IMG/VR virus record: IMGVR_UViG_3300042567_001104
Coordinates: 1 to 27,574 of that record
Origin: a virus
Lineage: Duplodnaviria; Caudoviricetes
Length of the DNA: 27,574 nucleotides
Strand: one strand, 5' to 3'
Shown piece after piece: positions 1-7,409 of this stretch. The notes beneath the pieces are model-generated. The model saw only the letters and a program-made list of their open reading frames with translations. It did no database searches and had not been told where the DNA came from. Position 1 is the first letter of the stretch; every line of letters begins with the position of its first letter. Position numbers and translations under genes: made by a program.

Positions 1-75
1 TTCGTTTGAATTTGTGATAACATATACAGTATATAAATAAATGATTTGTTTTAATAATCTCTAATGAGGATTTTA

Positions 76-228
76 ATGGATAAAGGATTTCAGTACGATT
101 TTTTTACAGAAGAATGGTCACACGTTTGTGGTGCTTGTAAAACTGAGCTATATGCTCCAACTAAAAAACATATGGAAGGTAACTTCTGGATACACACACA
201 CTCAAATAACTGCCTTGGAGGATGGTAA
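76..228 (+). CDS. small putative zinc-binding protein (50 aa)
   Basis: Manual translation MDKGFQYDFFTEEWSHVCGACKTELYAPTKKHMEGNFWIHTHSNNCLGGW; upstream GAGGA SD; CxxC...HxH...C; TAATG overlap with next gene. Below the ORF-track cutoff. Confidence 0.7.
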   Translation: MDKGFQYDFFTEEWSHVCGACKTELYAPTKKHMEGNFWIHTHSNNCLGGW

Positions 229-416
229 TGGGACCAGGAAAAGCATATAGGTTTGCTCAACACATAGCAAAAAGTCAGGACCCATGTATTGTTATAGTTA
301 ATAACAATGCTGACAAAAAAATGTTTAAAACAATGTTTGACACCTTAAAATATAATAAGGCAAAGATAGTTACTAGAGATATGGTATTTGATGTTAAAGA
401 CTATGAGGAACAATAA
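228..416 (+). CDS. hypothetical protein
   Basis: ORF track 222..416; start moved to ATG 228 (TAATG coupling, GGAGG upstream). Confidence 0.65.
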   Translation: MGPGKAYRFAQHIAKSQDPCIVIVNNNADKKMFKTMFDTLKYNKAKIVTRDMVFDVKDYEEQ

Positions 417-691
417 TGAATAAGACAGAACTAGAAAATATAATTCATTATATGGATGAACAAATAATGACTATGGATGGATTTGAAGAAGCCTTTATTG
501 GTTTTTCTAGAAGATGTGGTCAGCCAACCCTAGCAACATATTCTTTTGAAAAGATGCTACAAGTACTAATTGATCGTGACGGTATGGATGTGCAGGAAGC
601 TGAAGAATATATATCTTATAATTGTGTAGGTGCTTGGATGGGCGAACTAACACCAATAGTTATGTATGAATGTGATGAATACTATGGATAA
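416..691 (+). CDS. conserved phage hypothetical protein
   Basis: 91 aa, GAGG SD, coupled to upstream stop; DGFEEAFIG...EAEEY...GAWMGELTP resembles a common small phage protein. Confidence 0.8.
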   Translation: MNKTELENIIHYMDEQIMTMDGFEEAFIGFSRRCGQPTLATYSFEKMLQVLIDRDGMDVQEAEEYISYNCVGAWMGELTPIVMYECDEYYG

Positions 692-881
692 GAAAACACC
701 AGCCAAAAGTTATTTTATTAAATCAACAGACGAGCTAACTGAGATTTTTGTAAAAGGTTTAAGAGCTTATGTTAAGAACCGATTGGGTGAAACCGAAATG
801 CATATGGAAGATTTTGCAACCGAGGCAGCAAACTTTGCTGAATGTTTTTATGCTACAATGACAGCACTACCAAAGGATTAA
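684..881 (+). CDS. hypothetical protein
   Basis: ORF track 666..881; ATG 684 (MDKKTPAK) gives a short overlap with the upstream gene. Confidence 0.65.
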   Translation: MDKKTPAKSYFIKSTDELTEIFVKGLRAYVKNRLGETEMHMEDFATEAANFAECFYATMTALPKD

Positions 882-882
882 A

Positions 883-1125
883 ATGGATTTTAAATTAGAA
901 CATGAAGTTGATAAGGGTCCAGTAGTCCGTTGGATTGCAAATAAAGCTATGAATATTGCTGGAAAAATATCAAGAATGGCTCACCCCTATGCAGATATGT
1001 ATACGGCAGTATGGGATGATTATGAAGATGAAGACAATCTTTCTGTGCCACACAATCAAATGGGAATTTTTGATAACTTAGAGCCACTTCCACAGTTTGA
1101 ACGACTAACAGAAGATTTAATTTAA
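883..1125 (+). CDS. hypothetical protein
   Basis: 80 aa, AAGGA SD, tight operon packing. Confidence 0.7.
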   Translation: MDFKLEHEVDKGPVVRWIANKAMNIAGKISRMAHPYADMYTAVWDDYEDEDNLSVPHNQMGIFDNLEPLPQFERLTEDLI

Positions 1126-1301
1126 TGTCAGATAATGAATATTTTTACAGAGATCAAATGCGTGAGCTACAAAATGTAAATGCATTTGTAAGAGTTAATA
1201 CCTTAAGAAGTGTTTTAAATAAATTAGAATGGTTTAAAGAAAATGGTGGCAATCTAGAACACGCCATTGAGTTTATTAAATGTGAGCTAGGAAGTAAATG
1301 A
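1125..1301 (+). CDS. hypothetical protein (58 aa)
   Basis: Manual translation MSDNEYFYRDQMRELQNV...IKCELGSK; TAATG and ATGA overlaps with its neighbours. Confidence 0.65.
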   Translation: MSDNEYFYRDQMRELQNVNAFVRVNTLRSVLNKLEWFKENGGNLEHAIEFIKCELGSK

Positions 1302-1438
1302 TGATACAGAAAATTCTAAGATATGCAGAGCATTTAGGTTTAGATAAAGAAGAGCTATTAGAAATGACAATGCTAGATGCAATGTTATTAATTGAACAAA
1401 CAAAAGATATGTGGAAGGAAGTAAAACAAATTGGGTAA
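1298..1438 (+). CDS. hypothetical protein (46 aa)
   Basis: MMIQKILRYAEHLGLDKEELLEMTMLDAMLLIEQTKDMWKEVKQIG; ATGA overlap, AGGA upstream. Confidence 0.6.
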   Translation: MMIQKILRYAEHLGLDKEELLEMTMLDAMLLIEQTKDMWKEVKQIG

Positions 1439-1559
1439 GCATCACGACAAAGTACTTAGAGCATTAGAAATTAGAAAAAATAATGTTCCACAAAGGGGTG
1501 GATACAATACACCTGGATCAATGAATAAAAAGAAAACGGGATACGCAAAACGTAAGTAA
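1431..1559 (+). CDS. small basic protein (42 aa)
   Basis: TTG start after AAGGA; MGKHHDKVLRALEIRKNNVPQRGGYNTPGSMNKKKTGYAKRK; fills the gap up to the next promoter. Confidence 0.6.
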   Translation: MGKHHDKVLRALEIRKNNVPQRGGYNTPGSMNKKKTGYAKRK

Positions 1560-1560
1560 T

Positions 1561-1590
1561 TTGACAAGCCAATGTTTGACATGTTAGTAT
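1561..1590 (+). promoter_or_regulatory. SigA-type promoter, predicted leaderless transcript
   Basis: TTGACA-18nt-TAGTAT with TGn extension; ATG 1597 follows after 6 nt. Confidence 0.7.
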
Positions 1591-1596
1591 GGAATA

Positions 1597-2148
1597 ATGC
1601 GATTCAAAACCTTGGTTTTGATTCCCGTTATTGCGGTTCTTGCAGCATCTGTTGCATCCCTACCAGTAACCCAGAGTCAAATCAGTGCTAATGCACCGCA
1701 AAATGAAGCTATTGATAAGAATAAAATAAAAAATTCTATAAGGATAGCTGAAAAAGCAACAGAGATCAATGAAATCATTGATCAAAGGTCTAAAGAAAAA
1801 GTCTCTAGATCAAAAAACAGAGAGAAAGTCTCTGATTCAAATGTAGAAGCTAACAAAGCTTTTGCAAAATCCTACATGGAGTCAAAGTACTCTTGGGATA
1901 AAAACCAGTACTCCTGCCTAGTAAATCTATGGAATCGTGAAAGTGGGTGGAGGCATACTGCTGACAATCCAACTTCAAGTGCCTATGGTATTCCACAATC
2001 CTTGCCAGGAAGTAAGATGGCAAGTGCTGGGGCAGATTGGAGAACAAATCCAGAAACACAAATCAAATGGGGTCTAAAGTATATTAAACATAGATACGAG
2101 ACTCCCTGTGGAGCATGGAATGCATTCAAGCAAAAGGGCTGGTATTAA
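1597..2148 (+). CDS. exported lytic transglycosylase (SLT/lysozyme-like, actinobacterial type)
   Basis: N-terminal hydrophobic signal; LWNRESGW (catalytic Glu), AYGIPQSL, NPETQIKWGLKYIKHRY...GWY motifs. Confidence 0.9.
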   Translation: MRFKTLVLIPVIAVLAASVASLPVTQSQISANAPQNEAIDKNKIKNSIRIAEKATEINEIIDQRSKEKVSRSKNREKVSDSNVEANKAFAKSYMESKYSWDKNQYSCLVNLWNRESGWRHTADNPTSSAYGIPQSLPGSKMASAGADWRTNPETQIKWGLKYIKHRYETPCGAWNAFKQKGWY

Positions 2149-2165
2149 TTTACTAGTTTAGATAT

Positions 2166-2196
2166 ATGTCCTGAGCACAGACATTAAACTGCTCAC
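2166..2196 (+). ncRNA. compact H-type pseudoknot motif, copy 1
   Basis: ATGTC-C-TGAGCA-CA-GACAT-TAAAC-TGCTCA: S1 ATGTC/GACAT, S2 TGAGCA/TGCTCA; second copy with covarying S1 at 27497-27526 (-). Confidence 0.6.
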
Positions 2197-2201
2197 CATC
2201 T

Positions 2202-2275
2202 GGGGTGGTAGCTTAGTTGGTTAAAGCCCTGAACTCATAATTCAGTAATCGTCAGTTCAAGTCTGACCCACCCTA
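2202..2275 (+). tRNA. tRNA with CAT anticodon (elongator Met or Ile2), no encoded CCA
   Basis: Acceptor GGGGTGG/CCACCCT, anticodon arm CTGAA-CTCATAA-TTCAG, T arm GTCAG-TTCAAGT-CTGAC; lacks initiator hallmarks. Confidence 0.92.
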
Positions 2276-2335
2276 CTATTAACAACCTTATGACAATATG
2301 ATAATATATATCTACAACTACAAACAAGGAATAAA

Positions 2336-2509
2336 ATGCATACAGAACACTTAATGGAAGTAATGTTTGGACTAGAGCATGTAATTTCAGAATTCTTTTG
2401 GAATGCTGTTTTTGCTATCTTAGTCTTAAGTTTTTCTAAGGCAAGAGCACTAAGAAAAATTCATAAGTATATTGATGATGCCCATCGTTTGGAGCATGAT
2501 AAATACTAA
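2336..2509 (+). CDS. small membrane protein (57 aa)
   Basis: AAGGA SD; MHTEHLMEVMFGLEHVISEFFWNAVFAILVLSFSKARALRKIHKYIDDAHRLEHDKY, one hydrophobic segment followed by basic residues. Confidence 0.7.
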   Translation: MHTEHLMEVMFGLEHVISEFFWNAVFAILVLSFSKARALRKIHKYIDDAHRLEHDKY

Positions 2510-2541
2510 ATCATACTATGTTGTAGTATAATTTAGTAAAT

Positions 2542-2613
2542 GCCTCTTTAGCTCAGTGGTAGAGCAACGCTCTTGTAAAGCGTAGGTCATCCGTTCAAAT
2601 CGGATAAGGGGCT
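2542..2613 (+). tRNA. tRNA-Thr(TGT), no encoded CCA
   Basis: Acceptor GCCTCTT/AAGGGGC, D arm GCTC-AGTGGTA-GAGC, anticodon arm ACGCT-CTTGTAA-AGCGT, T arm ATCCG-TTCAAAT-CGGAT; TATAAT at 2527-2532 upstream. Confidence 0.95.
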
Positions 2614-2616
2614 CTA

Positions 2617-2716
2617 GGTGGCAGGAAGTCGTCCTTAGTGATGGTTGATAGTTACAGTTACGAGTCCAGAGAGACACGTTTGCCAGTGTGGGTAGACACA
2701 AGGTCTTCCTGTCACC
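2617..2716 (+). ncRNA. unassigned 100-nt structured RNA
   Basis: 12-bp terminal stem GGTGGCAGGAAG/CTTCCTGTCACC extended by CCTT/AAGG; inner hairpin GTTTGCC/GGTAGAC; GC-rich island in AT-rich DNA, 3 nt after tRNA-Thr. Confidence 0.65.
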
Positions 2717-2738
2717 GTTTATTTAAAAAGGAGAAAGT

Positions 2739-3032
2739 ATGAATATCGAAGAGTTTAATGAATTAATTAGAGAAGGTACAACCATTGTAGATTTTTGGGC
2801 TGAATGGTGTGGACCATGCAAAATGATTGGTCCAGTACTGGAAGAAATTTCGGCAGAAGAGAACGTAAAGCTTCTTAAAATTAATGTAGATGAAAATAAA
2901 GAACTTTCTAGTTCCTTTAATCTAACAAGCATCCCAGTAATTATGCTATATGTTGATGGAGTAAAAACAAAAACAATTGTTGGTGCAAAACCAAAACCAG
3001 CACTAAAGAAAGCGTTATTTAATAATGTTTAA
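2739..3032 (+). CDS. trxA: thioredoxin
   Basis: VDFWAEWCGPCK active site, SIP cis-Pro motif, AAGGAG SD. Confidence 0.96.
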   Translation: MNIEEFNELIREGTTIVDFWAEWCGPCKMIGPVLEEISAEENVKLLKINVDENKELSSSFNLTSIPVIMLYVDGVKTKTIVGAKPKPALKKALFNNV

Positions 3033-3297
3033 AAACAAGGACTTAAATGAGATGCTAGTGGAAGAACATCAGTATCGTGCAGTAATTACCTATTTACCAA
3101 ATAAAAGTGGCTACAAGGCTTCTGTGCAGCGTAGAATAGCTATCAATGAGTGGACTAAGGTTAGTTGTGGTTTAAAGGGTATAGTCTTTAGTAGAAAAAA
3201 AGATGCTGAGTCAAAAGCCAGACAAAAAATAAAGGAACAAAAAAGTCTAGATAACAGAGAAAATAACGAAACTTCGTATATAATCTATGACGATTAA
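3025..3297 (+). CDS. hypothetical basic protein, possibly DNA-binding
   Basis: 90 aa; YKASV...FSRKKDAESKA loosely resembles AP2/arm-type DNA-binding domains. Confidence 0.6.
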   Translation: MFKNKDLNEMLVEEHQYRAVITYLPNKSGYKASVQRRIAINEWTKVSCGLKGIVFSRKKDAESKARQKIKEQKSLDNRENNETSYIIYDD

Positions 3298-3298
3298 A

Positions 3299-3307
3299 TG
3301 GTAAAAT
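3299..3307 (+). promoter_or_regulatory. extended -10 promoter, predicted leaderless transcript
   Basis: TGgTAAAAT, 7 nt, then ATG 3315; no SD. Confidence 0.6.
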
Positions 3308-3314
3308 AGATATT

Positions 3315-5573
3315 ATGGCTAATAAAAAGTTCCTCGTTCCTTTAGGTCTTGTATCATTAGCATCCGATCCAGCCTCTGGTACCGAAGGAGAGCTCTACTA
3401 TAATAGTGTATCTGATGGTGTAAGACTTTATAAAAATGGAGCATGGACAGATTTAGCATCTACTGGAGCCCTTCCAAGTGGTGGATCAGTAGGTCAAATT
3501 CTTGCCAAGTCCAGCAACACCGATTATGCTGTTGAGTGGATTGAAAACTATGCAGACTACACTGAAACTGTTAAGCTTAAAGTTAAAAATGATGGAACAA
3601 GAGAATTATACAAAGGTCAGCCAGTACATGTAACTGGATCTGATGGAACAAATGTTTTAATTGGAAGATCAACAAATGCTACCGAAGCTGGGTCTAGTAA
3701 AACTCTTGGTATCCTTGCAGAAAACCTTGCAACAAACGGGCAAGGTTTTGTTATTATGGAGGGAAAACTTGGAACCTTAGATACTTCTACTGCAGGTGCA
3801 GTAGGAGATCCAGTATGGCTTGGCGTAGACGGTGCATTAATTTATGGTCTTGCTAATAAACCATATGGTCCTGCTCATCTTGTTTACCTTGGTGTTGTAA
3901 CTAAAAAAAATGGTTCAACTGGAGAAATTTTTGTTAATGTTCAAAATGGTTTTGAGTTAGAAGAAATACATAATGTAGGCATTGGCTATGGAGCAACTAT
4001 TGCAGACAATGAAGTTCTTGCCTATGATACAACATCTAGTCTTTGGATTAATCAAACTCCAGCAGAAGCAGGATTAGCAACAAGCTCTCATAATCATACA
4101 GTAGATAGTTTATCGAATGTTGTAATTACTGGAACGCCTACAGATGGTCAAGCTATTGTTTGGGATACCGCCACCTCAAAATGGGTAAATGAATCGGTTG
4201 CAAACTCTGTAGCAGGAACTGGAAGCCAAATAGATGTTACCTCAACAACTGGAAACATAACATTAAGTTTGCCAAGTGCAATGATCGCCCCAGGAGATTT
4301 AACTGTAACAGGAAACTTAACAGTAAGTGGTACAACCACAACAATAAATACCCAGAATTTAAACGTTAAAGATAATATAATTGTTTTAAATTCAGGCGTA
4401 ACTGGCACTCCAACAGGAACTGCAGGAATAGAAATAGAGCGTGGTACTGAGACAAATACTTCAATCTTGTGGGAAGAAACAACTCAGAGTTGGAAGTTTT
4501 CAAATGACATACAAGCTTACATAATAAGATCTGCTGGAAGTTTACAGTTGTCATCATATGCTATATCTGGAGAAAATTCAAGCATTTTATTAGAAAATGA
4601 ATGGAACTCTTTTAACTTAGCAAGTTCTGGAAATGTGGAAATTTCTCCAGGAAATGATCTTGGGCATGTAACGTATGCATTTTCTAAGACAAGTATAACT
4701 TTTCCAGACACGAGCCAGCAAAGTACTGCATTCTTAGGAATATCTTCCTATGACACAGATGATATTTCAGAAGGGACAAGGCTATACTATACAGACGAAA
4801 GAGCACAAGATGCTATTGGAAATAGTCTTGGAGTTGGGTTGTCTTATAACGACACCACAGGAGCTATCTCTAATTCTGGTGTTCTTTCTATAATTGGAAC
4901 AACAAATGAAATTGTTATAACTGGAACAAATGCAGAAATACAGGTTGGAATTCCTGACTCACCAGTCTTTGTTACCCCAAACATTGGAGTAGCCACTGCA
5001 ACAAGTGTAAATGGAACTACTATTCCATCTTCAAAGACATTAGTAATTACAGATGATATTGGAGTAAGTGTTCAGCCTTGGAGCTCAACTATAGCTGGAA
5101 TAGAGCAACTTGGATCAGGAACAGGATTCTTAAAAAATACTGCAGGTACTTGGTCATATGATAATTCAGCATACGCACCTCTAGCCTCCCCAACATTTAC
5201 TGGAAATGTAACAATAGGTGAGGCAGTAACAAAAACCACTAGCACAAACCTTACATCATCTTCTGCAACTGTAATTGCTACAATACCAATACCATCAGGA
5301 AAAGAGCTTGTATCTTCAGAGTGTTTAGTTTTGATATCAAGCACAAATGATGGAACTTATTACACATCAAAATGTCTAGTTTTTGGTGGATATCCTGCTG
5401 GAGAACCAACAGCAGATATTACAGAGTATGCAATTATGGGAGATATGGATGCAACCTTATCTGCCTCTTTTGTTGGGTCAAATGTTCAACTAAGTGTTCA
5501 GGTAACAGATTATATTAATGTAACTGCTAAGGTTGTTTCAACAAGCATAGCAGCAGACAATGGGGCAACCTAA
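3315..5573 (+). CDS. tail fibre / virion structural protein
   Basis: 752 aa, G/T/S-rich beta repeats; fibre-type modules (GQILAKSSNTDYAVEW, GDLTVTGNLTVSGTTTTIN, DDISEGTRLYYTDERAQDA, APLASPTFTG). Confidence 0.85.
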   Translation: MANKKFLVPLGLVSLASDPASGTEGELYYNSVSDGVRLYKNGAWTDLASTGALPSGGSVGQILAKSSNTDYAVEWIENYADYTETVKLKVKNDGTRELYKGQPVHVTGSDGTNVLIGRSTNATEAGSSKTLGILAENLATNGQGFVIMEGKLGTLDTSTAGAVGDPVWLGVDGALIYGLANKPYGPAHLVYLGVVTKKNGSTGEIFVNVQNGFELEEIHNVGIGYGATIADNEVLAYDTTSSLWINQTPAEAGLATSSHNHTVDSLSNVVITGTPTDGQAIVWDTATSKWVNESVANSVAGTGSQIDVTSTTGNITLSLPSAMIAPGDLTVTGNLTVSGTTTTINTQNLNVKDNIIVLNSGVTGTPTGTAGIEIERGTETNTSILWEETTQSWKFSNDIQAYIIRSAGSLQLSSYAISGENSSILLENEWNSFNLASSGNVEISPGNDLGHVTYAFSKTSITFPDTSQQSTAFLGISSYDTDDISEGTRLYYTDERAQDAIGNSLGVGLSYNDTTGAISNSGVLSIIGTTNEIVITGTNAEIQVGIPDSPVFVTPNIGVATATSVNGTTIPSSKTLVITDDIGVSVQPWSSTIAGIEQLGSGTGFLKNTAGTWSYDNSAYAPLASPTFTGNVTIGEAVTKTTSTNLTSSSATVIATIPIPSGKELVSSECLVLISSTNDGTYYTSKCLVFGGYPAGEPTADITEYAIMGDMDATLSASFVGSNVQLSVQVTDYINVTAKVVSTSIAADNGAT

Positions 5574-5575
5574 TG

Positions 5576-5584
5576 TGTTATAAT
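5576..5584 (+). promoter_or_regulatory. extended -10 promoter
   Basis: TGtTATAAT in the 36-nt intergenic gap. Confidence 0.65.
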
Positions 5585-5609
5585 ACTTTTGAAGGGACAG
5601 TGAACTTCA

Positions 5610-7406
5610 TTGGCTAGTAAAAATTTTATTGTTAAAAACGATATTGAATTAAAGGGCAACCTTATATTTGAGGGTGCTACAAAAGATGCCTTTGAAACAA
5701 CTCTTGCAATAACAGATCCTACTTCAGATAGAATTATTACATTTCCAAATGCTAGTGGAACTATTGCACTAACATCTAGTCTGTCCTCATACCAACCACT
5801 TGACGGAGACCTAACTGCCATTGCTGGAATTACAAGTGGTGTTGGGTTTTTAAGAAGAACTGGCTCTGAATCTTGGGCTATAGATACAAATTCTTATATT
5901 ACAGCAAGCTCTCCTACAATAAGCACAGCAATAGTTTCAGGAACATCTACGTTTAATTTAATAAACTCAACTGCAACTACAGTTAACTTTGCAAATGCAG
6001 CAACTACATTAACCATTGGTTCTAATGACGCTGCTGCCACAACAACTTTAAGAGCTCCAACAATTGTAGGAACTGCAACCTCACAAAACCTATACAATAC
6101 AGTTGCTACAACAATAAATTTTGCAGGAGCTACAACATCTCTTGTAATTGGTGGAACTACAACGGGAGCTTCTTCAGTAACGCTTTTTGGAAATGCTACA
6201 TCAAGCGGAGATACTAAAACTCTAAACATTGGAACTGGGGGATCCTCTGGATCTATAACAGAAATTAATATTGGATCTTCAGTTTCTGGTGCTACTGGTC
6301 AGGTAACAGTTTATCAACCAGCGACATTTAATGGAACCGTAGTTGTTCCAACTCCAACTATTTCTACTCAGGCAGCAACAAAAGGTTATGTAGACTCTTT
6401 AGCTTCTGGAATTAACGTAAAGACTCAGGTCATTTATGTCTCTCAGACAAATCTAAGTGCCACATACACAAACGGAACATCAGACTCTTCTGGAGGTCTT
6501 GGTGTTGGAGCAATACTTACTGGAAACGTTGATGGAGCTTTAATTCTTGATGGACCAGAGGTAGAAGCTGGTCAAAGAGTTTTGATTAAAGATCAGACCA
6601 ATAAAATACATAACGGTATTTATGTTGTAACTTTTGCTGGAGATGGAGACGATCCATTTATTCTTACAAGAGCTACAGACTTTAATGGAAATAGTTCAAC
6701 AAATGGATTAATTAAAACTGGAGACTATATTTTTGTTACTTCAGGAACTACTTCGGCAAACGATTCTTATGTTGTTAATGCTGGAGGAACATCTAGCAGC
6801 CCATCTGGAGCAATAAAAGTTGGTACAGACAACATATCTTTTTCTCAGTATTCTGGAGTTCCATCAAATATTAGTACTCTTGGGTATGTAACAGTAGGAA
6901 CTTGGGCAGCAACCCCAATTGATAAAGACTTTATTGATTCTGAAATTGCTAGAACAGATGACCCAGTATTTACTGGTCATGTTACGGTGCCATCTCCAAC
7001 AGAAAATAGTGATGCTGCAAGTAAACAATATGTAGATGACTTGATATTTGCAAGCCTTCCATTCTTACCAGATATAATTCCACTAGATGATATGAGATAC
7101 GAGTTTGATGGAATTAATAATAGGTTTATGCCAAAATTTGAAGGAGAAATAGTCAATATTTATAACCCTCTTAGACTATTACTAACAATTAATGGTATAA
7201 TACAAACAGTGGACTTTCCAGAATATGTCTGGCAATCTATGCTACCAAGAGAAGGTTTCATGGTAGATTCAGATGGATACATTGCATATTCAGAAGTTCC
7301 ACCACCAGGATCAACATTTGATGCTAGATTAATGCTAGGTCCAAACGTAAATACAAGAAAGAAAGGATATCCATTCAAAGCAGTGGATATATTATTAGGA
7401 GCATAA
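5610..7406 (+). CDS. tail fibre / virion structural protein
   Basis: 598 aa, TTG start; YQPLDGDLTAIAG, AATKGYVD, RVLIKDQT...NGIY...LTRATD and AASKQYVD fibre motifs. Confidence 0.85.
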   Translation: MASKNFIVKNDIELKGNLIFEGATKDAFETTLAITDPTSDRIITFPNASGTIALTSSLSSYQPLDGDLTAIAGITSGVGFLRRTGSESWAIDTNSYITASSPTISTAIVSGTSTFNLINSTATTVNFANAATTLTIGSNDAAATTTLRAPTIVGTATSQNLYNTVATTINFAGATTSLVIGGTTTGASSVTLFGNATSSGDTKTLNIGTGGSSGSITEINIGSSVSGATGQVTVYQPATFNGTVVVPTPTISTQAATKGYVDSLASGINVKTQVIYVSQTNLSATYTNGTSDSSGGLGVGAILTGNVDGALILDGPEVEAGQRVLIKDQTNKIHNGIYVVTFAGDGDDPFILTRATDFNGNSSTNGLIKTGDYIFVTSGTTSANDSYVVNAGGTSSSPSGAIKVGTDNISFSQYSGVPSNISTLGYVTVGTWAATPIDKDFIDSEIARTDDPVFTGHVTVPSPTENSDAASKQYVDDLIFASLPFLPDIIPLDDMRYEFDGINNRFMPKFEGEIVNIYNPLRLLLTINGIIQTVDFPEYVWQSMLPREGFMVDSDGYIAYSEVPPPGSTFDARLMLGPNVNTRKKGYPFKAVDILLGA

Positions 7407-7409
7407 AAC

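Noticed and set aside
32-39. TATAAATA, T4-type late promoter
   Set aside because: Expected by chance in AT-rich DNA; structural genes here are preceded by TGnTATAAT-type boxes instead.
2516-2701. Minus-strand 61-aa ORF
   Set aside because: Antisense to tRNA-Thr and the structured RNA; a shadow ORF.
2617-2716. SRP RNA, tmRNA or third tRNA
   Set aside because: No SRP helix-8 GGAA/AGCAG arrangement, too short for tmRNA, no cloverleaf or anticodon arm.
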